From positions 1 to 35,997 of the forward strand of contig NW_021826275.1 of the NCBI RefSeq assembly GCF_006345805.1: a DNA stretch of 35,997 bases, read 5' to 3'. A program made the position numbers and the translations under genes. The notes beneath the pieces are model-generated. The model made no database searches and was not told where the DNA came from. It worked only from the letters and a program-made list of their open reading frames with translations. Below are positions 21,501-34,375 of this stretch, in pieces. Position 1 is the stretch's first letter; each line of letters opens with the position of its first letter. This DNA is from Octopus sinensis. Taxonomy: Eukaryota.

Positions 21501-21654
21501 TATATAATAGCATATATGCGTATATATATATATCACTTACTTTTCAATCATTCTCTTACGTCGTTCTCTCATCTTTTACTTTCTCCAGCAAACTCATACA
21601 ACGTCCTCAACATTTTTATGCAGGTGGGGATAAATGTAGGTATATAAACATATA

Positions 21655-21971
21655 TAGGAAGTGGCTGTGTGGTAAGTAGCTTGCTTACCAGCCACATGGT
21701 TCCGGGTACAGTCCCACTGTTTGGCACCTCGGGCGAGTTTCTTCTACAATAGTCTCAGGCAGACCAAATTTTCCTAAACTTTTCGTTGGAAAAGAAAAAT
21801 ATGAAATAAGTGAAAATTTACCGGTGAGTCTGTTAAATTATAAGGCACAAAAAGAAAATTACTCTCCCCAGACACGACATTATATATATATATATATATA
21901 TTTATATGTTTGTGTGTGTGTGAGTGTGTGTGTGTGTGTGTATGTGTGTGCGTGTGTTTGTGTGCCTGTGT

Positions 21972-22002
<31 letters not shown>

Positions 22003-22003
22003 G

Positions 22004-22034
<31 letters not shown>

Positions 22035-22049
22035 GTGTGTGTGTGTGTT

Positions 22050-22086
<37 letters not shown>

Positions 22087-22305
22087 TTGTGTGTCTGTGT
22101 TTGTCCTGCCAACATCGCTTGACAACCGACGCTGGTGTGTTTACGTCCCCGTAACTTAGCACTACAGCAAAAGAGACCGATAGAATAAGTACATAAGCAT
22201 TAGGCTTATAAAGAATAAGTCCTTGGGGGTCGTTGTGATCGGCTAAAGGCGGTGCTCCAGCATGGCCACAGTCAAATGACTCAAACAAGTAAAAGAGCAA
22301 AAGAG
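21655..22305 (+). mobile_element. SINE family A halves (21655-21769; 22086-22305) around unique DNA and an expanded (TG)n
   Basis: Head and tail motifs as in the other copies. Confidence 0.75.
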
Positions 22306-22564
22306 TATACGTACGTATGTAAGTATGTATACATGTACGTATGTGTGCATCTATCTAAGTATATCTATGCTTGCCAATCGATGGGTCTGTCAGTCTCTCT
22401 ATCTCCCTATCTATCAACATTTATATTATGGTTGCATTTTACATGGCACCAGCACCAGTGCATTTTCTGTTGCACCTGCAATGTGTAGCAATTGCAGCTA
22501 AACTCTACAACTTGATCTTTCTGTAAAGAATCAGACCCAAGTTTGAGAATTCTTCTGAAAGGTT

Positions 22565-22565
22565 G

Positions 22566-22626
<61 letters not shown>

Positions 22627-22800
22627 TTCATGGATATTACTATCTTGGACCCTAGGACACATGGGGCCGTTTGCCCAGTTATATTTTATTTATATATTCG
22701 TTATTCCTAGAAAACAATCTCAGCTATCGGCATAGCGTTGCGACTGCGTTTTTACTTAAAATACTAAATACACGCACACACACACATACAAATAATAACA

Positions 22801-22842
<42 letters not shown>

Positions 22843-23055
22843 TGATGATGATGATGATGATAATAATAATAATAATAATAATAATAAGAAGAAGAAGAAG
22901 AATAATGATAATAGTAATATTGTTATAGTAATGATAATAATATTAATAATATATATTAATATAATAATAATAATAATAATAATAACAACAACAATAATAA
23001 TAATAATAATGAATAATAATAATAATAATAAATAATAATGATGATAATAATAATA

Positions 23056-23120
<65 letters not shown>

Positions 23121-23220
23121 TAATAATGATGATAATAATATTGTTATAGTAATGATAATAATATTTATGATAATACTATTATCAATAATAATAATATTTA
23201 TAATAATAATAATAATTTCG
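22565..23220. repeat. (CAT)n and compound (ATA/ATG/AGA)n microsatellites, with ~160 bp unique sequence between them
   Basis: Directly visible. Confidence 0.85.
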
Positions 23221-23394
23221 TTTGCTTTTTCAAGGCTTCTGCCACTTTATCCCTCCCCCCTACCATCCCCTTTTAATTTCTGTCCTTCATTTATTTCTAT
23301 TCATCTCCTCTCCGCCCCCGAAAGTCACCCACTCCTTCCACATTATATCATATCGAAAAAAAAAGGACGAAATTCAGCCAACGAATAATGGATG

Positions 23395-23530
23395 CATTCG
23401 GGTATATGTAATTGCAATTTCCGGGATCAAACTCCGAGCGTGGCCGATATTGCCTTTCATCCCACCGTGGGCATAATGATTAGTTCATATTTAGTCATGT
23501 ATAAAGATGGGATCACTCGACTGGCTAGGA
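23395..23530 (+). mobile_element. Highly diverged SINE B-like copy
   Basis: GGGATCAAACTCCG...TTGCCTTTCATCC matches the B-box and central domain. Confidence 0.45.
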
Positions 23531-23571
23531 ATAGAAACCTTATTCTCTCGCTCTTGGCAGATTCACCTTGT

Positions 23572-23606
23572 GTCGATGATGATGATGATGGTGGTGGTGG
23601 TGGTGG

Positions 23607-23680
<74 letters not shown>

Positions 23681-23691
23681 GTGGGTGGTGG

Positions 23692-23723
<32 letters not shown>

Positions 23724-23730
23724 GTGGTGG

Positions 23731-23768
<38 letters not shown>

Positions 23769-23772
23769 GTGG

Positions 23773-23804
<32 letters not shown>

Positions 23805-24032
23805 GTGGTGGTAATGATGATGATGATGATGATAATGATGATGATGATGATGATGATGATGGTGGTGGTGATGGTGATGGTGGTAGTGGTGCTGATGGTG
23901 GGGTGGTGGTGTTGGCGATGATGTCGATGATGATGATGACGATTGTGCTGATGATGATGACGATTGTGCTGACGAGGATGACGACGACGACAACAATGAT
24001 GATAATGAAGAGGATGATGATGATGATGACGT

Positions 24033-24089
<57 letters not shown>

Positions 24090-24090
24090 C

Positions 24091-24136
<46 letters not shown>

Positions 24137-24168
24137 TTGATGATGATGATGATATCGACGATGACGAT
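23572..24168. repeat. (GAT/GGT)n trinucleotide field
   Basis: Directly visible. Confidence 0.9.
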
Positions 24169-24697
24169 GGTGTCTAGCTCCAGGTTAGTCTTGATCCAAC
24201 AAACCTATAATATTTATCAAAGACATTCCATTCGTGACAATCACAACTTTTTAGGGGTTTCCGAAATGATATTATCTAGCATTTCATTCATTTTCCTTTT
24301 ATATGGCCAGATATAATTTTATGGGAGATTAGCTTTTCTTTCTACCTCGTCAATCCTCCACGTAGAGGCTTCTTTCATCGCTTACATGTACACATATATA
24401 TTATATTATATAATATATTTATATTATTTATATAATATAAATATAAATATATTTATATTTACATTATATATATATATAAACATGCATATATGTATATGAA
24501 CATTCATATATATATATAAATAAACATACATATATACATATACAAACATATATATATATATATATACATATAGACATGCATATATGTACATATAAACATA
24601 CACACACATATATATATATATAGACATACATATATATAAGTATTTATAAAATGGATATATACATATATGAATATATATGTGGGGTGGGGTGTGTATA

Positions 24698-25110
24698 CAC
24701 GGTACGTAAGATGTCTGAGGATAGAATTATGCTTATAAAAAAACCCCAGATATATAATAACTTTATTTATCAAAAAATGAATGCTATGAGGATAAAAATA
24801 AACCTTCTTTTCTCTAATGTTATTCAATAAAGCCACCTTCAGCTTCAACAACTGTTTCTATATGAGATCTAAATCATCTACATGCTTGAATCAAGTGGTC
24901 CTGGTACCTTTCGGACGTTACTCTGACTATGGTAGCTTTCAAAGAACCTTTGGTATTATGGGCGTGTTCATTGACCTTTCTCTCTCAACAACGCTCCACA
25001 TGTAATAGTCCAATGGGTTGAGATCTGGGGAGTTAGGAGGCCAAATGTTAGGGGTTATGTGATCATGGAACATCAGGACACTCATGGACAACCAAAACTG
25101 TGACAGACCA
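24698..25110 (-). pseudogene. Tc1/mariner DD37D (maT-like) transposon relic: C-terminus and probable right end
   Basis: Minus strand FHDHITPNIWPPNSPDLNPLDYYMWSVVER...HNTKGSLKATIVRV...HLIQACR*FRSHIETVVEAEGGFIE* (stop 24820-24822). Putative terminus TA|CACGGTACGTAAG at 24696-24710. Confidence 0.82.
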
Positions 25111-25505
25111 GAACAAGCAGGTTATGCACCTTGTATCGGCACATTTTAAGATTTCATGTTTATGCTAGAAATCAATTTTACTTTTTTTGAAGGGTGGTTT
25201 TTCTTGCAATTGTCTGAATCTTTACTCGCAATTTGTTATTCTGAGTTCGAATCTCGCTGGAGTGTATTTGTTTTTCCTCTTTCCTAGCTTGTTAAAGTAT
25301 TGTATCAGTTATATATAAAGTATTGTACCATATATATATTCAACTGTATATTCCACCCCACCTCGTTCTATTTCTGGCTGGTATCTGTGTTAAAAAATAC
25401 TGAGAACGCCGTAAAAACAGTAAAACGTCACCACCACCACTACCACTACTGCTACCACTACTGCTACTATTACTTCTGTTGTTGCAAATACTACTACTAT
25501 TACTT

Positions 25506-25903
25506 GTTTCTTTATTGCCCACAAGGGGTTAAACATAGAGGGGACAAACAAGTACAGACAAAGGGATTAAGTCGATTACATCGACCCCATTGCGTAACTG
25601 GTACTTAATTTATCGACACCGAAAACATGAAAGGCAAAGTGAACCTCGGCGGAATTTGAACTCAGAACGTAACGGCAGATGAAATACCTATTTCTTTACT
25701 ACCCACAAGGGGCTAAACACAGAGGGGACAAACAAGGACAGACATAGGTATTAAGTCGATTACATCGACCCCAGTGCGTAACTGGTACTTAATTTATCGA
25801 CCCCGAAAGGATGAAAGGCATAGTCGACCTCGGCGGAATTTGAACTCAGACGAAATACCACTAAGCATTTCGCCCGGCGTACTAACGTTTCCGCCAGCTC
25901 GCC
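25506..25903 (-). mobile_element. SINE family B dimer
   Basis: Junction GAAATACCTATTTC at 25681-25694. Confidence 0.88.
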
Positions 25904-26272
25904 TTACTATTACTACTACTACTACTGCTACTACTGCTGCTGCTGCTGCTATTGCTGCTGCTGCTACTACCGCATCAACTGCAATAACAACAAGAATGAA
26001 AAAGTAAATGCAACTACAAGCAAGACAGTAACACCAACAACAACAAAACAATGATAACGCAAAAAACAACAACAATAACAACAGTAATAAGAACATCAAC
26101 AACAATATCAACAGCAAGAACAACAACGACAACGACGACGACAACAACAACAACAACCCCATTTGTACCAGCTACTTCATTTTGGAGCATCGCTAAAATA
26201 CGCTGACAGGACTAAACGGAGCGAGATGGCTGCCAGAAAAATCTGCTTCCGGTGTCTCAGCCAGGCAGTTAG

Positions 26273-26345
26273 TACTGTTTCCGGTTAGCCAACAAAGGGA
26301 TGCTCACATATGGTGCTCTACGTGCTAGAAATAGCAGCCAAATCT
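26273..26345. repeat. Short interspersed repeat (second copy 30470-30545; partial copies near 5180 and 32325)
   Basis: CTGTTTCCGGTTA.CCAACAAAG.GATGCT...ACGTGCTAGAAATA.CAG.CAAATCT. Confidence 0.7.
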
Positions 26346-26509
26346 CACACAAACCATTAACTAATTAACTGTCTGTAAATGGTAGGCCAACGGCTAGAAA
26401 TAGTAGTCTAACTTAACTTCTGAGAAAAGAGGTGTGGATTGTCATCGCCCTTCGATCAATTTAAATTTCTCCCAGTTTTAAAACAACAACAAAAGAATGG
26501 CAATATTCG

Positions 26510-26658
26510 TTTCTTGTAATAAGCACAAGGTCTGAAATTTGAGGTGGGTGGGGCCTAGTCGATTATATCAACACAGGTACTTCACGGGTACTTATTTTAT
26601 CAACCCCGAAAGAATGAGAGGCAAAGTTTACCTAGGCAGAATTTGAACTCAGAATGTG
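26510..26658 (-). mobile_element. SINE family B, head-truncated monomer
   Basis: TAGTCGATTATATCAAC...GAGGCAAAGTTTACC...AATTTGAACTCAGAA. Confidence 0.75.
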
Positions 26659-26721
26659 AACATAAACATACTGTCAGATCACCACCTTTATAAAAACAGT
26701 GTTTCTAATTTTATTTATAAA

Positions 26722-26864
26722 GGGCGTGGCTGTGTGGTAAGAAGTTCGCTTCCCAACCACATGGTTCTGAGTTCAGCCACACTGTGGTTTGGTATTTATA
26801 GCTTCAGACCGACCAGAGCCTTGTGAGTAGATTTGGTAGATGGAAACTAAAAGAAGCCCGTCAT
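26722..26864 (+). mobile_element. SINE family A, 5' half
   Basis: GGGCGTGGCTGTGTGGTAAGAAG...GATTTGGTAGATGGAAACT. Confidence 0.8.
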
Positions 26865-27240
26865 ATAGAGATTATGTGTGAGTATATATATTTATACATA
26901 TACATACATTTATATATATATATATATATATATATAAATACACACAAATAATCTATATTTTTGTTATTTTTCATTTGTCCTGCTCGCTTACGTTCATAGT
27001 GTGCTAAAATTTTCTTGAGAACAATTCTTTAGCGTAAGAGCGTCCACATAGTGGATTCTCTCTCATATTTGTGTATTAATAATATTTACTGAATCTCAGT
27101 TTTTTATACGCTCAACCATTGGTTAAATTGATGTTATTAAATTAATATCCAATTTTTTCACCCTGATTTTGATATATATATATATATTAACATGGAACAG
27201 TGAGACTGAGTTCTCAACACTGTATTTGCTGGGTTCTTTC

Positions 27241-27470
27241 TTTATACTTTTTACTCGTTTCAGTCATTTGACTGTGGCCATGATGGAGCACCGCATTTAA
27301 AGAGGTTTTTTTAATCGAAATAAATTTACCCCTAACACTTATTCTTTGTAGGACTAGTACTTATTCTATCGGTCTTTTTGTCCGAACCGCTAAGTTACAG
27401 GTCCGTAAATACTCCAACATTTGGTGTCAAGTGATGGTGGTGGGACAAATATAAACACAGACACACAAAC
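27241..27470 (-). mobile_element. SINE family A, 3' half
   Basis: Reverse complement of the family A tail; continues into an (AC/AT)n tract to ~27785. Confidence 0.8.
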
Positions 27471-28024
27471 ATAAGTATATACACACGCATATATATACAC
27501 ATAAACATATATATAGACGCACATGCATATATATATAATACACACATACATACACACACACATACACACACACACACGCATATATATACACACACACATA
27601 CACATATATATACATACATACACACACACGTATATATACACACACACGTATATATGCACATACACACACATATATATACACATACATACACACACACGTA
27701 TATACACACATACATATATGTATATATACACTTACACACACACTTACACACACACACATTCGCACCACCCCCACACACACACATATATAAACATTCATAT
27801 CGGACTCCGGTACTTTTACCGTCTGTGACTCTTGCTTACATGTCCATTTAATCTATTTATTGGGTGTGTGAATTTAAAGTATACATAAAGGACATTTGTA
27901 TTCAGTGAAGCTTTTACACCACCGGATTGGGTAGCCCGGTTGAAACCGGTGGACTCTGGAGCCACTCGTATTATCGTTCCTCATCTAAAAGATTCGTGAG
28001 AGAGTATGTGCTGTCTCGATTCCT

Positions 28025-28240
28025 GAGGCCCATTAGGTTGATCCCCTGCTTTCTATGGCGTACAAATGACCGAGAATACAACGACTCCATCCTGAAGGGG
28101 ACTCGTAGGGTTACTCATTTACAGCTGAAGGGACTGAGCAACGTGTTTTGCTCAAGAATACAATGCACTACCAAGTTCGAGAAGCGAAACTACGATCTTG
28201 CGATCCTGAGTGCACAGCCCCAAATCACTAGGCCACGCAC
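28025..28240 (-). mobile_element. tRNA-derived SINE, family D-like
   Basis: Minus head GCGTGGCCTAGTG...GATCGCAAGATCGTAGTTTCG, then TCTTGAGCAAAACAC...CAGCTGTAAATGAGT. Confidence 0.7.
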
Positions 28241-28530
28241 ATTCGCTTCGACAGAGAGGGGAGAGAGAGGGGGGGGGGAGAGGGGAGAGAGGGGAGAGTA
28301 AGGAGAGAGAGAGGGGCAGAGAGAGGGGAGAGCGAGAGCGATGTGGTGGAAACAAATTAAATAAAAATGGGTTTTAAACGTGATAAAAACAGGATGTTAT
28401 GAACACTATATAATTTTTTAAACAATATAATAAAGTATAATAAAAAGTGTAATAAAAATTCTTTTTAATAAATAAATGGGGTCGAATATAACAAATAATA
28501 TAATAATAATAATAATAATAATAATAAAAT

Positions 28531-28569
<39 letters not shown>

Positions 28570-28779
28570 GGGGTGACAAAAAACAATTTTAAAAGCAATG
28601 AATGAATAAATAGATAGATAAAAACAAGGGGTAATAAAACTGGGGTAAAAATATTTCCCACTTAAATACGATGAACTCGACTGTAAATAAATATGAAAAA
28701 ATATGGCTGACTTCCTCGTTTTTCAATTAGTTTCGTTCCGGGTCTCTCAATTTTTTATCGCCGCCATTTTGTCATTTTT

Positions 28780-29545
28780 TTTCAGCGATTTTTTTCTTAC
28801 TTTTTATCTTGTTCTGTCGTTTTGTTTCGGTTCTTGTTTTAGTAATTCTTTTGTTTTATTTTACAGCATGTTTTTCCCCTTCTTTTTTTTTTTATATATT
28901 ATGCAATTCTATAAATCATCTTTTACATATATTTGCTTTGCTTTGCATTTTTCCTTTGTTTCTCTCGTGGTTTCTTTCTATACTCGTTCTTTCTTTCTTC
29001 TATTTATATTTTTCCCATGTACTTTCTTCTTCGTAGTTTTCTTTCCTACTTTGGTTATTTTTGTTTTCTTGCCATTTTCATTCCTTCTTTCATCCCAAAT
29101 CTATCTTCCTCTTTCTTTCTTTTTTCCTTCGTTATCTCATTCTTTTTTCTTTCCTAACCTCTTTCTTTTTTCTTTTCTCCTATATTTTTCTTCTCTTTCT
29201 TTTAAGTTTTCTTCTCTCTTTTCTGCTTTCTTTCATTTACTTATTTTCTTCCTCTCATTTTCGTTTTTTCTGTCTTTCATTTTTCTTCCTCGTTCTTTCC
29301 TGTTTTTTTTCATCATATTCGTTTATTCTCCTTCACGAATTTTAAAAAATATATTTTCTTCATCTAGTTTTCATTCATATTTTGGCTCTTCATTTATAAT
29401 ATCCTTCTTTCTTTCATTCTTTCTTTCTCTCTTTCTTCTTTCTTTTTCACTATACACACTTTTCTTCCTGTTTTTCATTCTTAGCTCCTTTATTTTCCTC
29501 CTGCCTATTATTGTCTTCCCACCTGCCTTTGCTTCGTTCTTTCTC

Positions 29546-29585
<40 letters not shown>

Positions 29586-30259
29586 TTTCCTTTCTTTATT
29601 TTTCTCTGTCTCTTTTTCCCGTTATATTTTTTATCTATTTCTTTCATTCTCAGTCAGTCTATCTTTCTATCAATTTCTTTCTTTCCTCCCTTTTTCTTCA
29701 TTCCTCTTAGCTTATTTTTCATACCTACCCTTCTTTCAACATTTCATTCTATAATTCTCTCCTTCATTCCTTTCGCTCATTCTTTTCTTTCTTTCATTTA
29801 TGTCTTACAATCTATCTCTCTCTTCATCAACTCTCTCATTTACATTCTCCTTTTCTCCTTCTCTCCTTCATTATTTCATTCGTTTTTTTCTTCTCTCCTT
29901 TATTCGTTATTTCTGTCTGCTCTTTTCCTTTTTTCTTTATTTTCTCTTTCCTCCTCTTTTCTATCATTATTTCTTTCTTTCTTTCCTCCTTTCTTTTTCT
30001 CATTTCCATCATTCTGTCTCAACCAAATTTTCTATTACTCTCTTATTTCCTTCTCTCCTTCCTCAATTCCATTTATTCTCTTTCTCCAGTTTCATTCATT
30101 TTTGGGTTTCTCTTTCCTCTTTACATCCTAACGTCATTATTTCATTTCTCGCTCTTTCCTATCACTTTCCTTCCCTTTTTAAATTCTCTTCCTTCCCTTC
30201 TTTTTTACTTTCATGCCTTCATTTTTCCTTTCATTTATTCTTTCTTTCTTTCGTTTTTT

Positions 30260-30304
<45 letters not shown>

Positions 30305-30470
30305 TCTCTTTTCTGTCTTTCTCACACACACTCTCTCGGTCTTTGTGTCTGCCTCTCTCTTTCTCTCTCTCTTTCTTTTCCTCTGTCTCTTTCTCTCTCT
30401 CTGTCTATGTCTCTCTGTCTATCTGTCTCTCTCTCCCTCCCTCCCTCTCTCTCTCACCTCCCTTTTCTTT
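28780..30470. repeat. ~1.7-kb strand-asymmetric T/C-rich low-complexity tract
   Basis: Directly visible; (TTTC)n and (TC)n cores. Source of the F/L/S pseudo-ORFs. Confidence 0.9.
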
Positions 30471-30555
30471 CTGTTTCCGGTTAACCAACAAAGAGATGCT
30501 TCCATTTAGTACTCCACGTGCTAGAAATAACAGTCAAATCTGTCCCCCTCTCTCA

Positions 30556-30592
<37 letters not shown>

Positions 30593-31036
30593 GCCTCTCT
30601 TACTTCCGTTTCCATTCACTTTAATGTAGTCAAACGATGTAAGTGAAAGAAGAAATTACACTTCCGGTTTCTATATTCCCAATTACTCCAAAACGAGGCT
30701 ATAGACGCCGTCAATATTTCCGACAACGATAAGGTTTCTATGACATGACTTGTTGTTGTTATTACTGTTATCGTTGTTGTTGTCTTTATTGTTGTTGTTG
30801 TTGCTGTTGTTGTTTTTGTTGTTGCTGTTGTTGTTGTGGTGGTGGTGGTGGTGGAGGTCATCGCCGTCGTCGTCGCATTCGTTGTTATTGTCGCTGGCAT
30901 CGTTTCGTTGTTGTGACGTTGTTACTGTTCTTGTCAATATCATTCTTGTCGTAATTGTTGTTGTTGCTGCTGCTGCGGCTGCTGCTTGCTGTTGTTTTGT
31001 TCTCCCAGTCAATGCAGGTCCACAATGTAGACACAA

Positions 31037-31203
31037 GGCGCGGGCGTGGCTGTGTGGTAAGAAGCTTGCTTCCCGGCCACGTGGTCCTGGGTTCAGTCCC
31101 ACTGCATGGCACCTTGAGCGAGTGTCTTCTACTACAGCCTCAGGCCGACCAAGGTCTTGTGAGTGGATTTCTTAGACGGAAACTGAAAGAAGCCTGTCGT
31201 ATA
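31037..31203 (+). mobile_element. SINE family A, 5' half
   Basis: GGCGCGGGCGTGGCTGTGTGGTAAGAAGC...GACGGAAACTGAAAGAAGCC. Confidence 0.85.
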
Positions 31204-31263
31204 TACATACATACATACATACATACATACATTCATACATACATACATACATATACACATACA

Positions 31264-31297
<34 letters not shown>

Positions 31298-31746
31298 CAT
31301 ATACACACACATATACATACATACATACACACATACCTGAATACATACATACATACACACCACAACATACATACATATAATCCCAGACATATACATATTC
31401 ACACATACACACATACATACATACTACATTACATACATACATACATACACATACATACATACATACACATACATATAACTACATACATACATACATACAT
31501 ACATTCATACATACATACATACATACATACATACATAACATACATACATCATATACACATACATACATACATACATACATACATACATACATACATAATA
31601 ATAATACAATACATACATACCATACATATACACATACATACATACCTACATACATACATAATACATACATTCATACATACATACATACCTACATATACAT
31701 ACATACATTACATACATACAACCATACATACATATACACCTACATG

Positions 31747-31777
<31 letters not shown>

Positions 31778-32190
31778 ACATATACACACACATATACATA
31801 CATACATACACCATACCTGAATACATACATACATACACCATACCTACAAATATACATACATACTACATACATACAACATACACACATACCAAACATACAT
31901 ACATCATCCAACATACCATTACATACATACATACACACATATATACATACAAACACACACACGTTACATACAACATACATACATACATACATACATACAT
32001 ACATAAATACCTACATACATATATACATAAAAACACACACACGTATACATACATACATTACATACATACATACATATACATACATACATAAATACATACA
32101 TACATATATACATACAAACACACACACGTATACATACATACATACATACATACATACGTACATTCATACATACATACGTACCTATATACA
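31201..32190. repeat. ~1-kb degenerate (TACA)n microsatellite
   Basis: Directly visible; starts where the internal microsatellite of SINE A normally sits. Confidence 0.9.
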
Positions 32191-32399
32191 CGTGTGTGTG
32201 TGTGTTTTGCTAAGAATTAGGTCAGTGCTATGATTTTAGGCGTTCCACCCGTGAATATCTCATCTACTTTGTATACCTTGAAATTCATTTGCTTAGTCTG
32301 TCCATCAGTTAGAATGAGATTTTAGTGAGATTTGGCTGCTACTTCTAGCTGTGTAGCCACGGAAAGGCAACGTTGTGGCCTCGCACTGTCATTAGTAAT

Positions 32400-32990
32400 A
32401 TTATGTTGAGGCTGGCAGGGGTAGCGGTGAATGTTATGGTGTTGGTGGTGGTTGTGGTAATGGTGGTTGTGATGGAGGCGATGGAGATTGTAGTAGTGCT
32501 GGTGATGATGGTAAAGGTGATGGAAACTGTGATGGTGATGATAGTGGTGGTGGTGGTAGTAGTGGTGATGATGGTAGTGGTGGTGGTAGTGGTGGTGGTG
32601 GTGGTGGTAGTGGTAGTGGTGGTAATGGTGGTGGTGGTGATGGTGGTAGTGGTAGTGGTGGTGGGAGTGATGATGACGGTGGTGGTGGTGGTGGTGGTGG
32701 TGTGTGGTGGTGGGAGTGATGATGATGACGGTTATGGTAGTGGTGGCGGTGGAGGTGTGATGGTGGTGGCTGTGGGGATTGTGGTGCTGGTGGTGATCAT
32801 GGTAGTGGTGCTGTGATGGTTGTGGTGATGGTAGTTGGTAATGATGGTAGCTGTGGGAGTGGTGGTGATTATTATGATATTGTTGTTGCTGTTGTTGTTG
32901 TTCTTGGTTGTGGTGGTGGTATGGTGGTGGTGGTGGTGGTGGTGGTGGTGGTTGTGATGGGGTGGTTGTGGTGGTGGTGGTGATGTGTGT
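32400..32990. repeat. Degenerate (GGT/GAT/GTA)n trinucleotide field
   Basis: Directly visible. Confidence 0.9.
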
Positions 32991-33606
32991 GTCTGTGTGT
33001 CTGTGTTCTGTTGTCTCTGGTTGTCTCTTACAAAACGTTGCATCCGGGTCATTTGTGCCTCGTCCGAAGATGATACCGGGGGTTTCGGGTGTGCAAGGGG
33101 ACATTAGGGTATACATGTGTGTGGGTGGGGTAGATGGGGATAGGGGAATAAAAGGCGGGTGGCTGGGAGAGGATGGGCGGAAGGAAGGAAGGAAGCCAAA
33201 ACATTGAAAGACGTTAATTATCATGAATAAGCGACAACAATGAGGAATAAATGAATAACACACACACACATACACACACACACACACACGCATGTAGTCA
33301 TACATACGTAAATTTACACACACATAGACATACATATATAGACGTACACATACAGACACAAATATAGACAAACACACATATAGATATATATAGATATGCA
33401 TAAGTTTACACACACACACATATAGACATGCATATACATACATAAATTTACACACACACACACATATATACATACACACATTTGTCGTTATATGTGTATA
33501 TACATAGATGTATATATTTGGTATAAATGTACATATTTAATATATATAATATATTATATATATATATATATATATAATATATAATATATATTTATATCAA
33601 TGTGCT

Positions 33607-33885
33607 CACTGTGACCGACCAGGCTATCGGATGTTGCTACACATCGCTGGTTACAATGCGCTTCACATAGTTTTAGCCTTCAAATGACGTCACCCTGCGG
33701 GCTAAGCGAGTAGGCCAACAGAAGAAAGAGTTAGAGGAAGTTGTGGTATAAGAGTACAGCAGGGATCACCACCACCCCCTGCCGGAGCCTCGTGGAGCTT
33801 TAGGTATTTTTCGCTCAATAAACACTCACAACGCCCGCTCTGGGAATCGAGACCGCGATCCTACGACTGCGTGTCTACTGCCCTA
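33607..33885 (-). mobile_element. tRNA-derived SINE, family E
   Basis: Minus strand ...GTCGTAGGATCGCGGTCTCGATTCCC (B-box-like) then TTGAGCGAAAA block and a distinct tail. Confidence 0.6.
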
Positions 33886-33886
33886 C

Positions 33887-33918
<32 letters not shown>

Positions 33919-34375
33919 ATGATAGATTCTCCTATTGTAGACGATGTATGAGAGTTCAGCTTTTGTCAAATGTCCTGCGCAAATGATTTGTTAATAGTAA
34001 CCAAATGTTCGCGCTGCACATTACCTCATTTCCCTCCGTCAAATGGACTTTGTCTAAACAGGTGCAGAGTGTAACACGCGTCTGGTGTCCCGTGCGTCAA
34101 CCCTCGCAAAAATCGAACAGGTTAAAAGCACTGCAAAAAACAAGGCGCGCCACGTGGCAGTACGACTGCACAGGAAGACGTCGGTCAGCAGACTGATACC
34201 TGCGGACCGCATCTAGTGGCTTCAAGCAGCGGAAGTACAACAGGCTTGTGCCATAAAGAACGTTTCCGGTTACCTTTGGGTACCTCCACGCGTATATATT
34301 CATATGTAACTTAACACTCTTAGTCTGTCAATCAGTTTGTCTGTCCGTCCGACAGTTTGTCTGTTTATCGACATA

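Noticed and set aside
28703-30624. F/L/S-rich membrane-protein-like ORFs
   Set aside because: Stop depletion comes from the T/C composition; multiple overlapping frames.
30689-30740. Minus-strand mini-exon NLIVVGNIDGVYSLVL
   Set aside because: No polypyrimidine tract at the acceptor, and no recognisable family.
33940-34090. Gypsy integrase-like PHFPPSNGL
   Set aside because: One short motif needing frameshifts; no other integrase landmarks.
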